NCBI GenBank assembly: GCA_951406725.2
Contig: OX597824.1
Coordinates: 36,828,001-36,892,000 of the forward strand
Origin: Octopus vulgaris
Lineage: Eukaryota
DNA length: 64,000 nt
Reading direction: 5' to 3'
A program made the translations under genes and the position numbers. The stretch's first letter is position 1; each line of letters starts with the position of its first letter. The notes beneath the pieces were generated by a model. It worked only from the letters and a program-made list of their open reading frames with translations. It made no database searches and was not told the DNA's origin. This document shows, in pieces, positions 13,750 to 27,166 of this stretch.

Positions 13750-15855
13750 AGATAAATAAAGAAATGGAGTTAAACACAGGTGTTATTCAAATCTTTATAC
13801 TTCCGACATATGTTTCAAAGAAAACATTGGTATTATTCCAGAGGGAATAAAATTATGTAAAACAATGTGATCTTCTCATCAGGGAAAAAAAGAGATAAAT
13901 AAAACACATCAATAAGCCATTTTAATAGAATGTGATGACTGCATATATGATGAGGGGAACACTAGAAAGTTATTAAAAAAAATAACATTAATAGATTTAA
14001 CATCAAATTCAATTTAGAGACAGAGAAGGAGGAGAAAGAAAGAAATTAGCAGAAAACCAAGAGTAGAGAAATGTAGTGCAATAGATGAGTGGGAATAAAA
14101 CTTAAAGGCATGGAAATAGATATATTTAGTGGAAATGGAATGTAAGAAGACAGTTAAAGGCTGAATTTTATAGACTGGTAGAAATTACTTACAGGAACTA
14201 AAGATATGTTTTTGCCAATGTTTGCAACAATAAACGCATTCTTTAAATGTGTTTACAAGAGAATTCTCTGAGAACAGGATGAGATAGAGTTCTTCATTAC
14301 AGAGTGGACAAGAAGATTTACCTTTATCATATGGAAAGGACTTAGATAGAATATTCCATTCCAAATCAAATTGTTTATTATGTTCCTTCAGAGATCAAAT
14401 TAATTTACTAAGCCCAGTATTGTTGTGTTTATTGATATGTCTAAATGTAGAGTAATGGTTAGATATTCTTTTGGACAACTGAGACAAAGAACTACCTATG
14501 TAAAAAAAAGACATCAGAACTGGAAGTAATTTTACATTGATAAACAGAGTTCCTGCTAAGGAAATTAATGTGATTGGAATTTACATCAGAAATACTAATA
14601 TTGTTGTTATTATTGTTCAAAAAATGATAGGTGTTACTAATATCAATGTTATTATTTTCATTAAGTGGATTTGTATTTAACAACTTATTGTTATGCAAAG
14701 AGATGATTTGTGAAAGGTTTTTGGTGTTTGAAAACCCTATTCTGATTTGGTGTGAATTGATAATAGAATGGTATCTTGAATTTTTGAGGAAATTCTTATC
14801 TATAGCTTCAAGAAACTGGTAAAGGAAGTTGGATTTAATCTGCTTACCATATGGAATTATCAACCAAACAGTTTTACTAGGACATACCTTGTAATTAGGG
14901 TAATTATCTTTAAAAGTCCTAGATGTACTTTCATAACAAAACAAGGGTCTTAAAGAAGAGCTATCTTCCTTACGCTGCAAAATTAAATTTTTCGATGCAT
15001 AGTTATTCGAACTAAAATTTATATTGTTATTACCATTATGCCGTAATTTCATGTACTTTAAGTAAAGCAGAGTTATAAAATTCAGCTTTCTCGTTGAAGA
15101 TATCAACATTGGCAGATAATCTAGTAAGTCTAAGTGAAATATTTCTAACTAAATTCCTTGTAATAGCCTTTGAATGATTACTGAAAGAACTAATATATTT
15201 AAAATTAATTGAGGGTTTATGGTATGGGAAATATGAATCATTATATAAGTTAAGGGTAATATCCAAAATGTCAGGTTTGGTTATGCCATTTTTGAAATGC
15301 TTAAGCCCATGTTTCAGAAAAATTCAACCAACCTATTTTTAACCCTTTGTAATTTTTGGTTAGAAACATTTTGAAGGTAGAGTAAACAATCCTCACGATA
15401 TAGACCTCCACTGATGTTTGAGAATTGGTCAGCCATCTCATAAAGGATATATATACCAACCAGATCAGTGATTTGTGCTGAATCAAAACTTCCCATCATG
15501 GCATCAAAACTGTCAGGCATATCATTACAGACCCACAGCTTGTTTTCAAATTAAATGGTTGATTTTCTGGTGGCTAACATGACATTAATTTCATCCCTGG
15601 TGAGACCTGCTTTGTTGTTTGTGAGCCAGAGTGCCTTGTTAAGTACAATTGGGTTAAAAGAGGAATAGTAACTAGAAATGTCAAACTAGATAAACTTAGT
15701 GTACTTCTTGTTATTAATAGAATTAAACCAGTCGACCACTTGGAAGGAATTGGACCATAAATTAAGCTTTAATTTTTTTTAACTAAGGTAGGAATATATT
15801 TATCTAGAATATTTTTGCTAAGTACACTGATATCAGAGCTAGAAGGATAAATAAG
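13750..15855 (-). mobile_element. 5'-truncated Penelope-like retroelement (RT + GIY-YIG endonuclease + pseudo-LTR)
   Basis: RT: FDAMMGSFDSAQITDLVGIYIL...GGLYRED, LDITLNL..YFPYHKP..YISSFSNH. GIY-YIG: NSVYQCKI...FF/YIG..LSKRISNH...WNIL...CPLCNEE...CCKH, ending with a stop near 14189. Frameshifts and stops are present. HHR in the 3' repeat. Confidence 0.93.
13801..13886 (-). ncRNA. Type I hammerhead ribozyme of the Penelope pseudo-LTR
   Basis: TTCC-CTGATGA-GAAGA[long insert with TTATTCC/GGAATAA hairpin]TCTTT-GAAA-CATATG-TC-GGAA. Intact core with a GUC cleavage triplet. Confidence 0.85.
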
Positions 15856-15866
15856 GATGAATGAGG

Positions 15867-15908
<42 letters not shown>

Positions 15909-16106
15909 AGATAGGGGTTGTAATGTATATGTATTTTTATATCTTGTTATATTTATTTAGTTATATCTCATCATATTGATTGTAATTATTGTACTGTATT
16001 AATGTCTAATCTCATTGCTATTGTGTAGTGTTTTAATAAAGTATATGACTTGGTATTATCTGATAGTTGATGATTGATTTAGATATATTTCTCCATTTTC
16101 TCATTT

Positions 16107-16158
<52 letters not shown>

Positions 16159-16375
16159 AATATGTGTGTGTCTTTGTGTCTGGGTTTGTATATCATTGCT
16201 ACGTTACAATTGGTGATGGTGCATTTACATCTCTGTAACTTAGCAGTTCAGCAAAAGTAGCTAATAGAATAATTATCAAGCTTTAAAGTAGGTATTGGGT
16301 TCAGTTAATTTGACTGAAATTTTTCAAGGCAGCATGGCTGCAGTCTAATGACTGAAACAAGTAAAAGATAAAAGA

Positions 16376-16392
16376 TGTGTGTGTGTGTGTGT

Positions 16393-16465
<73 letters not shown>

Positions 16466-16533
16466 TGTATGTATGTATGTATGTATGTATGTATGTATGT
16501 ATGTATGTATGTATGAATGTATGTATGTATGTA

Positions 16534-16569
<36 letters not shown>

Positions 16570-16595
16570 CATACATACATACATACATACATACA

Positions 16596-16626
<31 letters not shown>
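16376..16626. repeat. Compound microsatellite (TG/TA/TATG/TACA)
   Basis: Direct inspection; source of several spurious ORFs. Confidence 0.95.
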
Positions 16627-16628
<2 letters not shown>

Positions 16629-17416
16629 GTAATATGAAGAAAGAGAGAGAGGGGGGGAGAGAGAGTACAAATCTTAGTAGAAATTTATGTTCTCAGATAT
16701 CGGCTATATATTGATACACAATATTTTATATGCTTTAATACATTTGCATTTTGACAAAGCTGTCATGAGCGTTTGTTGAGAGTCTGTCAGTATGGTTTTG
16801 TGCTGTGGTATTGCATCTGAAAAGGTTGATTGTTGTTTAATACTTTGCAAATGTATTATGCTGTCAAGTTGTGAACTCAACATAAAATGTAGATTAAATA
16901 AAGCTAGATGTAATATTCCTTGAAAGGTGACAAAACTAGTGTCTCAAACACAATGCCTCAAACTTCATTGCTATGTCATGTGTTATTTATTAAGTTCTCC
17001 CAACCTCCATCCCCAGAATACACTGGTGTGCTTTATAGAAGAACATCTTTCATTCTATGACAATGTTGACTATTGTCAATATTATGTGGAGTGGTGATAA
17101 TGATGAGGGTGAACCAGGATTTAATATGTCTGTTGTTGTTTAGGAATAGAAATGGTAGTGGAGGCATGTGGCTAAGGGGTTAGAGTGTTAGTCTCATAAT
17201 CATGAGATTCTGATTTCAATTCCTGGACCAGCTAACTCCATTTCACATTGTTCTAGTCCACTTAGTTGACAAAAATGAGTAATCCTGCAAGAGACTAGCA
17301 TCCCATCCAGTGGGGATATATGTGCCATCTTTATCCCTCTTTTTTTTTTTTAATAGCAATGCTGGAATTTATAAACTATCAGTGAATATGTCTTCTTTCA
17401 TTGGACAAAACAGTAA

Positions 17417-17491
<75 letters not shown>

Positions 17492-18703
17492 TCTCTTTAT
17501 CTTGGCTACAAAGATGGTGAGAAAATCACAGAAAAGATCATGGCCTTGTGGATGTGTCACCTTTCATTAGACAAAGCAGTAGACCTCTCTCTCTCTCTCT
17601 CTCTCTCTCAGCTACAAAGATGGTGAAAAAATCACAGAAAAGATCATGGTCTTGACATTTTTGCGTAATATCCCCATCCTCAAAAAGACATACTCCAAGG
17701 TAGCCAATGTCACATAGCAATTAATCAACATTTTTACCTTTGGCAAGCTAACCTCTATTGTAAACCAGGTAGTTATCTCAAGATGTCAAGTATAAAACAG
17801 GTGAGTGTTTCACTGAGCCAAGATCAAAACCATTTCGTAGATGACTCTGAATTAATTATTGGTTGTTAAAATCAAACATTAAATCAAACAAATAACGCTT
17901 ATTAATTAAATATTAAAATCAAGAGGACTTGAGTGATAATCATATCATAGCATTAAGAAATTCAAAGAGGGGGTGAGGGGGAAGTTTGTGAATGAATACA
18001 TGTCTGTATGGATGTGTGTGTGTGCATGAACATGTGAGTGTGCATGTATATGTAAGTGCGTGTCCAACCAAGTTTTGATATTTCATTTATGTTTTCTGAT
18101 AATTTAATGTTTTATAAAGTTTGAAGATTCTAAATGTTCCAGAAACAATATTATTTTGCTATTCTAATGATGCATCTCGCCTTTAGAATTTCATTTTCTC
18201 AAAGAGTGTTGCAAAGAGAAGCATAATAATGATGGCTTTGGGAATAATAATAATGATGGTCATCATCAAAATAATAATAATAATGATGATGATGATGATA
18301 ATGATGTTGATGAAGGTGATTGCAATGACGGTAGAGGTGATGATATTGGCGGTGGTAGTGGTGGTTGTCGTGGTTGTGGGCATGGTGGTGGTGATGATGT
18401 TGTGATGAAGGTGATTGCAATGACGGTAGAGGTGATGATATTGATAATGATGATGGTGGTTGTGGTGGTGGTAACAATGATGATGATGATGATGATGTCA
18501 CTGAAGTGATAATGGTGATAATGGTAGTGATGGTTAAAGGAGATAAATATAAAAGATACGGAATTTATGAGTTGTAAATTACATGTCCATCTCATCTTGC
18601 CAGAAATTTATAGAACAATAACTGAATAAAAGGATGAGGTGAGAGGGTGTTGAAGTATTTGTTAAAAAAGAGGAATTAGTTATGCCATTTCTAGATGACT
18701 TAC

Positions 18704-18843
18704 CAAGGATTTGTTAACTTCAAAACATCAACTAAGGCTGAGAGTTGATGCTTAAATGTGTCAGCCACTGTAGGTTTGTTTCTGGCAGTTCGGGAAATGG
18801 TTTGGCGGCCACCAAGGTCTTCAAGTCGAACTCCAAGGAGATG
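18704..18843 (-). CDS. Myosin motor domain exon (loop 2 / actin-binding region)
   Basis: cag|HLLGVRLEDLGGRQTISRTARNKPTVADTFKHQLSALVDVLKLTNP-TG|gtaagt. 140 bp, ends in phase 2 just before the expected W-YVRCIKPN. Confidence 0.94.
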
Positions 18844-18981
18844 CTGAAGAGAAAGAAAGTTTTATTTTAAAACATCACCAAAATATACAAATGTGAAAAG
18901 TCTCTGCAACTATAGATGTTATATATCTTTTTTTTCCATATTAGCTTTAGAAAATATGGACAGGTGAAATATGCATATATA

Positions 18982-19280
18982 GGCATGTGGCTTAGTGGTT
19001 AAGGTGTTGCACTCATGATTGTGAGATTGTGGTTTCAATTCCCAGACTGGGTGTTGCATTGTGTTCTTGAGCAAAGCATTTCATTTCCAGTTGCTCTGAG
19101 ATCATTTCGACATCAGACATGTGGCAGCTTTGCACTTGTACAGGTAATGTCAATCTGATGGAGACAGTGAGCTTATGTCTACACAAAGATCTGATCACTA
19201 TAAACAAATCATCTGTGTGGTTGTTTGTTAAGAAATTGCCAAACCCCCATACATCATTTAACGATGGGAGAGTCCATCAT
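18982..19280 (+). mobile_element. SINE family C
   Basis: GGCATGTGGCTTAGTGGTTAAGGTGTTG...TTTCAATTCC...GTGTTCTTGAGCAAAGCA head. Related copies at 17158-17325 (+), 45555-45790 (+) and 62865-63179 (-). Confidence 0.8.
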
Positions 19281-19293
19281 ATATATGTATATA

Positions 19294-19350
<57 letters not shown>

Positions 19351-19454
19351 TTATATATATATATATTTGGCACCTTGGGCAAGTGTCTTCTACTATAGCC
19401 TCGGGCTGACCAAAGCCTTGTGAGTGGATTTGGTAGACGGAAACTGAAAGAAGC

Positions 19455-19556
<102 letters not shown>

Positions 19557-19990
19557 CTATTTTTCTTTTTTCAAACAAATGTTTCTCCCAGCATTCACGA
19601 TTTTTCCCTCGTTCTGGTCGGTCTTATGACCCTCCATGCGTGTTTTTATTCGGTTTCCTTGTATGCCTCCACTGCCATGTTTTTGTTCCCAACTTTGACC
19701 TTCCATAAATCCTAAATTTCATTTTAGAATTTATGGGAGCAACTGTCTTTGAAGACTCATATTGTCATTGAATGCTCAAAACAAGAAGTAGATAGACAGC
19801 TGACAACTGATGACGGGTCTCTTCTCTATGTTGTCCTGTTTTCCATTTTTCCCATTGCTTTGGTGACATCCTGTAGGCCAAAATAGACTAAGTAACTGGG
19901 TGCAGCCCCTGGCCTTGCCAGTTCCTGTCAAGCCATCTAACCCATGCCAGCATGGGAAACAGATGTTAAAAGTTGATAATGATGATCACA

Positions 19991-20035
<45 letters not shown>

Positions 20036-20964
20036 CTACTTTATTTGTGGATTAACAGTGCTGCAAGTGATTTCATGTAGTAAGAATTTTTACAATTTTC
20101 AAGTGATTCATTTAAAAGTGCTGGTAATTGCCTCAGTTTTGGAGGATCTCATCCAAAATGAAAGCCATTACCATTATCTTGAAGGAGATTGCATGATGAC
20201 TGGGAAAATTCTTTCCACATAAAATAATTGGTAGCACCGTTAATCCATAAATAAAAAATATTTATCCTACAAATGCAGTTTTGAACATACACTTTCTCTG
20301 TTCAATATTATTCCATGTGTGTGTGTGTGTGTCTGTCTGTGTGCGTGCGATGCAAACACACGTGCGTGCATGTGTGCATGCATAAAGCATAAAAAGAAAA
20401 CAAAATTAACCAATTTAGCAGATCAAAGTTTTAGTTTTCGTTGGTTTAGGCGAAGAGAAGTGTGTAGGGGGAATACTTCTGCTAATTTTTTCAGGTCTTC
20501 TGACATTGGTCACAACGACATAGTTGATGTTTGAATATCTACAAGTTGATGTCATCAAGAAAAATATAAAGGGGATGGCATTTTTATAGGGTTCACATTT
20601 GGAGGCCTAAGAGGGGGAGGACACAGTATGAATAACAACAGCAGTAATGATGGGCTGTGTCATGTCATCTTGGATTGAGGTGATATACAACTAGTGAACT
20701 AAGAAGAGCAAAGGCAACAGCAGCACCAACAGAAGAAGCAGAGTGAAAAGATAGCACTTGTTTGAGGGTTGCAGGTTGAAGTGAGTCAGTAAATGGATCA
20801 TTGTAAATCTAATGGATGGTTTTTATTTGAATGTGTTAGGGGTTGTTTCAGGGTGTTTAGCAGCAACACCTTACTAGATACATGTACCTTACTGTTGTAG
20901 GTCTTACTGGAACTTTGCAGGAGGGCAGCCATTGAACTGACTAGTATTTTCTGCTATCCAATTA

Positions 20965-21080
20965 TTAACCCTTAGTACACTGCATTTTCTCTAGAATTGT
21001 TTTCCCTGCCCCTGCCCTGTTACCACAAGGGAGAGAACTTATATGGTGACATGATGCACCTACAGTATGCTAAAGGTTAA
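20965..21080. mobile_element. Short piggyBac-like MITE
   Basis: TTAA-CCCTTAGTACACTG ... CAGTATGCTAAAGG-TTAA: imperfect TIRs with TTAA flanks. Confidence 0.65.
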
Positions 21081-21324
21081 TGCAGAGCAATGGTTTTCCA
21101 CCACTTTTTTGCCTATGGACCCCTTTGATTCCTACTATTTTATTCTGCTAGAATACCACTGGGTATTGAACTCATGACCTAACAATCATAAGCCAAATAC
21201 CTTAACCACTCAGCCACATGCCTTCACTGACGTAAATTAGATTGTTTGACATGAAATGTCATATTTGAAAGGTAACAATAAAATGTTTCAGAAGTGTTAG
21301 AGAACTGATTTATTTAATCAAAGT
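20987..21324 (+). repeat. About 335-bp direct duplication of 38760-39095
   Basis: Near-identical sequence from TTCTCTAGAATTG to TTTAATCAAAGT at both loci. Confidence 0.93.
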
Positions 21325-22012
21325 CCATGAGGCCTACCTCCAGTGTCAACCATAAAGCCACCTTTTATAGAAATGTTTTAGTTTCTCCAGCTACTTTTTT
21401 CCCTATTTTCTTGACTTGTAAAAACTCATAAGGCCAGTTACCCAGTTTCATTGATGTAAAAGTGACTCTAATCACACCATTCCCTTTCTATTGCAGGATT
21501 CAAGGCCAACAATTTTGAGGGGTGGGAGCAAGTTGATTACATTGACCTCAGTACCTCACTGGTACTTTATTCTACTGACCCGGAAGGATGAAAGGCAAAG
21601 TTGACCTCAGCAGGATTTGAACTCAGAACATAAAGACCTGAAATAAATGCCATCAAGCATTTTATCCAACACACTAACAATTCTGCCAGCTCACCATCTT
21701 TCTCTAGATATTGGAAACCATGTTTTTTTACTGGAATTGCTCCAACACAGGTGAATGACTTGAAAGACCAGTAATTATGGCTTTTGAACATGTAAGCAAT
21801 GTGAAGAGACATGTCTTTTGGCTACCTGCTGGCTAAAGAGTGATGCATATTTGCTGTGATGTATAATTAGCATAAAATGAGTGGAGTTCAGCTGGCTGAA
21901 GCATATAAGAATGTGGAGATTGATATTGGTTTGACAGTGATCTTATGTACCAGGAAGGCACAGACAGTTTGGTAAAGGCTGAGTTTGAATGTGAGAATGA
22001 AATCATGAATAA

Positions 22013-22244
22013 ACTCTTTTTACTCTTTTACTTGTTTCAGTCATTTGACTGTGGCCATGCTGGAGCACCGCCTTTAGTCGAGCAAATTGACCCCAGGACT
22101 TATTCTTTGTAAGCCTAGTACTTATTCTATCGGTCTCTTTTGCCGAACCAATAGGTTACGGGGACATAACACACCAGTATTGGTTGTCAAGCAATGTTGT
22201 GGGGTCAAACACAGACACACAAATGTATACACACACACATACAT

Positions 22245-22293
<49 letters not shown>

Positions 22294-22452
22294 TATGACG
22301 GGCTTCTTTCAGTTTCCATTTACCAAATCCACTCACAAGACTTTGGTCAGCCCGAGCGTATAGTAGAAGATACTTGTCCAAGATGCCACACAGTGGGACT
22401 GAACCCGGAACCATGTAGTTGGTAAGCAAGCTACTTACCACACAGCCACTCC
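22013..22452 (-). mobile_element. SINE family A, full length
   Basis: Close match to the family A consensus with internal (TA)n. Confidence 0.9.
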
Positions 22453-22993
22453 TGGAGTATCCATTTGTGTGTCAATCAGAGAGATATGCTGGTGACTATA
22501 ATGAATCAGAATGGCTAAAGATTTGGGTCACAAAGACTAACTGAGCATTGAAATCACCAAGTCATAGTTTCTATGGCTGGATGCCCTACCTAAAGACAAC
22601 CACACAGAGTGTACCAAGTGCCTTTTATGTGCCACCAGTATAGGTATCTCTAAAGTGCCATTGACATGGGTGCCTTTAATGTGTCACCAGTTCAGGTACC
22701 TATAATGTGTCACTGGCATGGGTGTCTTTTACATGTCACCGGCATTGGCCATGATTTCACTAAGCTTGGCATGTCTTCTCAAGCACAGCAAATCGCCAAC
22801 AGTCTCGATTATTTGGCCATTGCCTCTTTGCAAATAATCCAGCTGGATGAGAGTAGTCACAAGTGTGCTTCACAAAACCCTGAGCTTGTTGAGATATCAC
22901 TCACAAGCTGAAGAAAAAGAAGAGGATATAGATATATATTTATGTTTAACCCTCTCAGCCCAAATCAAAGAGAGACAACAAGTGTTTTTTTTT

Positions 22994-23552
22994 TATTTCT
23001 TTACTGCCCACAGAGGGGACAAACAAGGACAGACAAACGGATTAAGTTGATTATATCGACCCCAGTGCATAACTGGTACTTAGTTAATTGACCCCAAAAG
23101 GATGAAAGGCAAAGTCGACCTCAGCGGAATTTGAACTCAGAAGCGGCAGATGAAATACCTATTTCTTTACTACCCACAAGGGGCTAAACACAGAGAGGAC
23201 AAACAGATTAAGTCGATTATATCAACCCCAGTGCATAACTGGTACTTATTTAATCAACCCCAAAAGGATGAAAGGCAAATGCGACCTCGGCAGAATTTGA
23301 ACTCAGAACAAAGCAGCAGACGAAATACCTATTTCTTTCCTACCAACAAGGGGCTAAACACAGAGGGGACAAACAAGGACAGACACATGGATTAAGTCGA
23401 TTACATCGACCCCTGTGTGTAACTGGAACTTATTTAATCGACCCCGAAAGGAGGAAAGGCAAAGTCGACCTCGGCAGAATTTGAACTCAGAATGTAGCAG
23501 CAGACGAAATACCGCTAAGCATTTCGCTTGGCATGCTAACATTTCTGCTAGC
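22994..23552 (-). mobile_element. SINE family B with three tandem body units
   Basis: Three head-to-tail repeats of GGACAAAC...GGATGAAAGGCAAAGTCGACCTC.GC.GAATTTGAACTCAG with a single 5' head at about 23500-23552. Confidence 0.88.
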
Positions 23553-24286
23553 AAGTGTTTGTAGCTGAACTCCACACCAAGCACACAAAGAAAAGAATGT
23601 CACAAATAAAGATAAATATTTCATTGAAAGCTACTTAACAGCAACATCCCAAAATTGAGGATATTAAATGGAATTGGTAATGTATTAATCTAATACTAAT
23701 ATTCCATCACCAGTACCATTAGCTGATTAAGAATCATGTCTCATTTGAGACACATCATTATCATTTTACATTTGAAATAATCAGCTGACTTCAAGTTATC
23801 CTGTGAATATTTTTGATCAAACCTGTTGATCTTTACCAGAATCTTCTAGAATTTCTTGCACCTCATCACTTGTAACAAATTACAATTTTATTTTTCCTTC
23901 CTGGAAATGTTCAGATGTAGTGAACCTCATGGTTGAAAAAAAAACTGAAAAATAATTTCTTAAGACAACCCTTTAAATATTATCATGTATAAGTAAACAC
24001 TTGTTAAACAGTTTTATACTTCACTGACAACCTCTCCTTATTTTGACTGAATGGATTTTAAAATGGGATTTACCAATTCACATTATATTAGGAATTCAAC
24101 TATTAATCATGTTAGACACAGGCATGGCTGTGTGGTAAGAACACATCATTCCATATTCAGTCACACTGCATGGCACCATGGGCAAATGTCTTGGACCAAC
24201 CAAAACCTTGTGATGGATTGGTTGACGAAAGCTGAAAGAAGTCAATCATATATTTACATATATTTGTGTGTGTATGTGTGTGTGTG

Positions 24287-24329
<43 letters not shown>

Positions 24330-25099
24330 ATGTGTCTTTGTGTCTACATTTGTCCCCAACCACTGCTTGACAACTTGTGTTGGTTTGTTTGCATCCCTTA
24401 GCAGTTTGGTAAAAAGAGACTGACAGAATAAGTGTCAGGCCTAAAGAAAAAGTACTGGGATCAATTTATGCAGCTAAAATTTCTTCAAGGTTGTGCCCCA
24501 GCATGGCCACAATCTAATGATGTAAACGAGTAAAAGTAAAAGAATTTTGCTTACTTATTGTCAAACTTCAACCAGCAACTATAAACTGTTACTTTGCTTA
24601 TACAAAGTAATAAAACATAGGACAAGTTACATAGAGCTTCCTAAAATAAAGCCAAGAGCTTCTGATATTGCAGTTACTCAGTTATCAACATATACATTCC
24701 TACCAAACTGGAGCTAGGCAACTAAAACTTTGATATGTATCAAACGTTTTAAAATACTTCCCTATATTGAACCAACTAGTTCTACTGTTATGCAGTGGTT
24801 AATACAACATAAATAATTCCTAACTAAATTAAATAAATGTAACTGCAGTTTAAATGGGGAAGTATTTTAGTATCTGATAACTCATGAAAGAAGAGAGACT
24901 AAGAGATCAGGTTTTTTTATGGTTTCATAACTTTTAAGGGATGTAAAAACACTTTAACTTTTATTGGAACCACCAGACTTAGAGAATAAAACCACAGAAG
25001 AGGACTTAGTAATATCTTTTTACTTGAATTTTTAGCTCAAAAATCCATTCACAATAACAATATATTCATATTAATAAAACCAAACTAAATATGTTCAAA

Positions 25100-25755
25100 G
25101 CTTGCTTCCTGACCAAATGGTTCCAGATTCAGTCTTACAACATGGCACCTTGGGCAAGTGTCTTCTATTGTAGCCCTGGGTCAATCAAAGCTTTGTGAAT
25201 GGATTTGGTAGACAGAAACTGAAAGGCGGCAAGCTGGCAGAAACGTTAGCACACCAGGCAAAATGCTTAGCAGTATTTCATCTGCCGTTGCATTCTGAGT
25301 TAAAATTCTGCCAAGGTCGACTTTGCCTTTCATCCTTTCGGGGTCGATAAATTAAGTACCAGTTACGCACTGGGGTCAATGTAATCGACATAATCCCTTT
25401 GTCTGTCCTTGTTTGTCCCCTCTATGTTTAGCCCCTTGTGGACAATAAAGAAATAAGAAACTGAAAGAAGCTCGTTGTGTGTGTGTGTGTGTGTGTGTGT
25501 GAGAGTGTGTGTGTGTGTGTGTCAGTGTGTGTGTATGTGTTTTTGTGTCTGTGTTTGTCTCTCCATCACCACTTGACAACCAGTGCTGGAGTGTTTACAT
25601 ACCCCTAAACTTAGCAGTTCAGCAAAAGAGACCAATAGAATAAGTACCAGGCTTTAAAAAATAAGTACTGGGGCGGATAGAGTTGTCTAAAAATTCTTCA
25701 AGGCAGTGCCCCAGCATGGCCACAGTCTAATGACTGAAACAAGTAAAAGATAAAA
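25100..25755 (+). mobile_element. SINE family A with nested SINE family B (about 25224-25456)
   Basis: The B copy is flanked by duplicated AGAAACTGAAAG. Confidence 0.88.
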
Positions 25756-25794
25756 TGATACATTAAATTGAATCATTCCTAAATCCAGTTTACT

Positions 25795-25842
<48 letters not shown>

Positions 25843-26032
25843 AGCATGCATTGTGATACCACATTGCTGTATCCACCATTTGTTGGTGCTTCTCTACTGC
25901 TCCTGGTGGATGACACCTTTGCACCACTCAGGCAAAAAGCCCCCTCCAAACTTTGTGTTTGTTTGGGTAATCATTGCCGGTGAGGGTTTTATGAGGTCGG
26001 AGGGCAAATCCTATCTCAACCTCCTATAATCA

Positions 26033-27166
26033 CCATTTATGACATGCAGAGGTAACATTGGAGGCTACCCTTTTGACATGCAGAGGTAACGTTGGTGCTA
26101 TCCTTTTGACATGCAGAGGTAATGTTGGGGCTATCCTTTTGACATGCAGAGGTAATGTTGGGGCTATCCTTTTGGCATGCAGAGGTAATGTTGGGGCTAT
26201 CCTTTTGACATGCAGAGGTAATGTTGGGGCTATCCTTTTGGCATGCAGAGGTAATGTTGGGGCTATCCTTTTGGCATGCAGAGGTAATGTTGGGGCTATC
26301 CTTTTGACATGCAGAGGTAATGTTGGGGCTATCCTTTTGACATGTAGAGGTAATGTTGGGACTATCCTTTTGACATGCAGAGGTAATGTTGGGGCTATCC
26401 TTTTGACATGTGGAGGTAATGTTGGGGCTATCCTTTTGACATGTAGAGGTAATGTTGGGGCTATCCTTTTGACATGCAGAGGTAACGTTGGGGCTATCCT
26501 TTTGACATACAGAGGTAACATTGGGGCTATCCTTTTGACATGCAGAGGTAACATTGGGGCTATCCTTTTGACATGCAGAGGTAATGTTGGGGCTATCCTT
26601 TTGACATGTAGAGGTAATGTTGGGGCTATCCTTTTGACATGCAGAGGTAACATTAGGGCTATCCTTTTGACATGCAGAGGTAACGTTGGGGCTATCCTTT
26701 TGACATGCAGAGGTAATGTTGGGGCTATCCTTTTGACATGTAGAGGTAATGTTGGGACTATCCTTTTGACATGCAGAGGTAATGTTGGGGCTATCCTTTT
26801 GACATGTGGAGGTAATGTTGGGGCTATCCTTTTGACATGTAGAGGTAATGTTGGGGCTATCCTTTTGACATGCAGAGGTAACGTTGGGGCTATCCTTTTG
26901 ACATGCAGAGGTAACATTGGGGCTATCCTTTTGACATGCAGAGGTAACGTTGGGGGGTACCCTTTTGACATGCAGAGGTAATGTTGGGGCTATCCTTTTG
27001 ACATGTAGAGGTAATGTTGGGGCTATCCTTTTGACATGCAGAGGTAACATTAGGGCTATCCTTTTGACATGCAGAGGTAACGTTGGGGCTATCCTTTTGA
27101 CATGTAGAGGTAATGTTGGGGCTATTCTGACATGCAGAGGTAACGTTGGGGCTATCCCTTTGACAT
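26033..27166. repeat. 33-bp minisatellite, about 34 copies (TTGACATGCAGAGGTAATGTTGGGGCTATCCTT)
   Basis: Direct inspection. It explains the repetitive ORFs 26030..26971, 26037..27218 and 26058..26981. Confidence 0.98.

Noticed and set aside
1-18703. Next myosin exon (expected YVRCIKPN) and, beyond 53555, the preceding switch-II exon (LDIFGFE)
   Set aside because: Searched by eye on the minus strand and not found. They are probably outside the window, though a miss cannot be excluded.
26033-27166. CRISPR-like array
   Set aside because: The repeats are contiguous with no unique spacers, there are no cas genes, and the context is eukaryotic.
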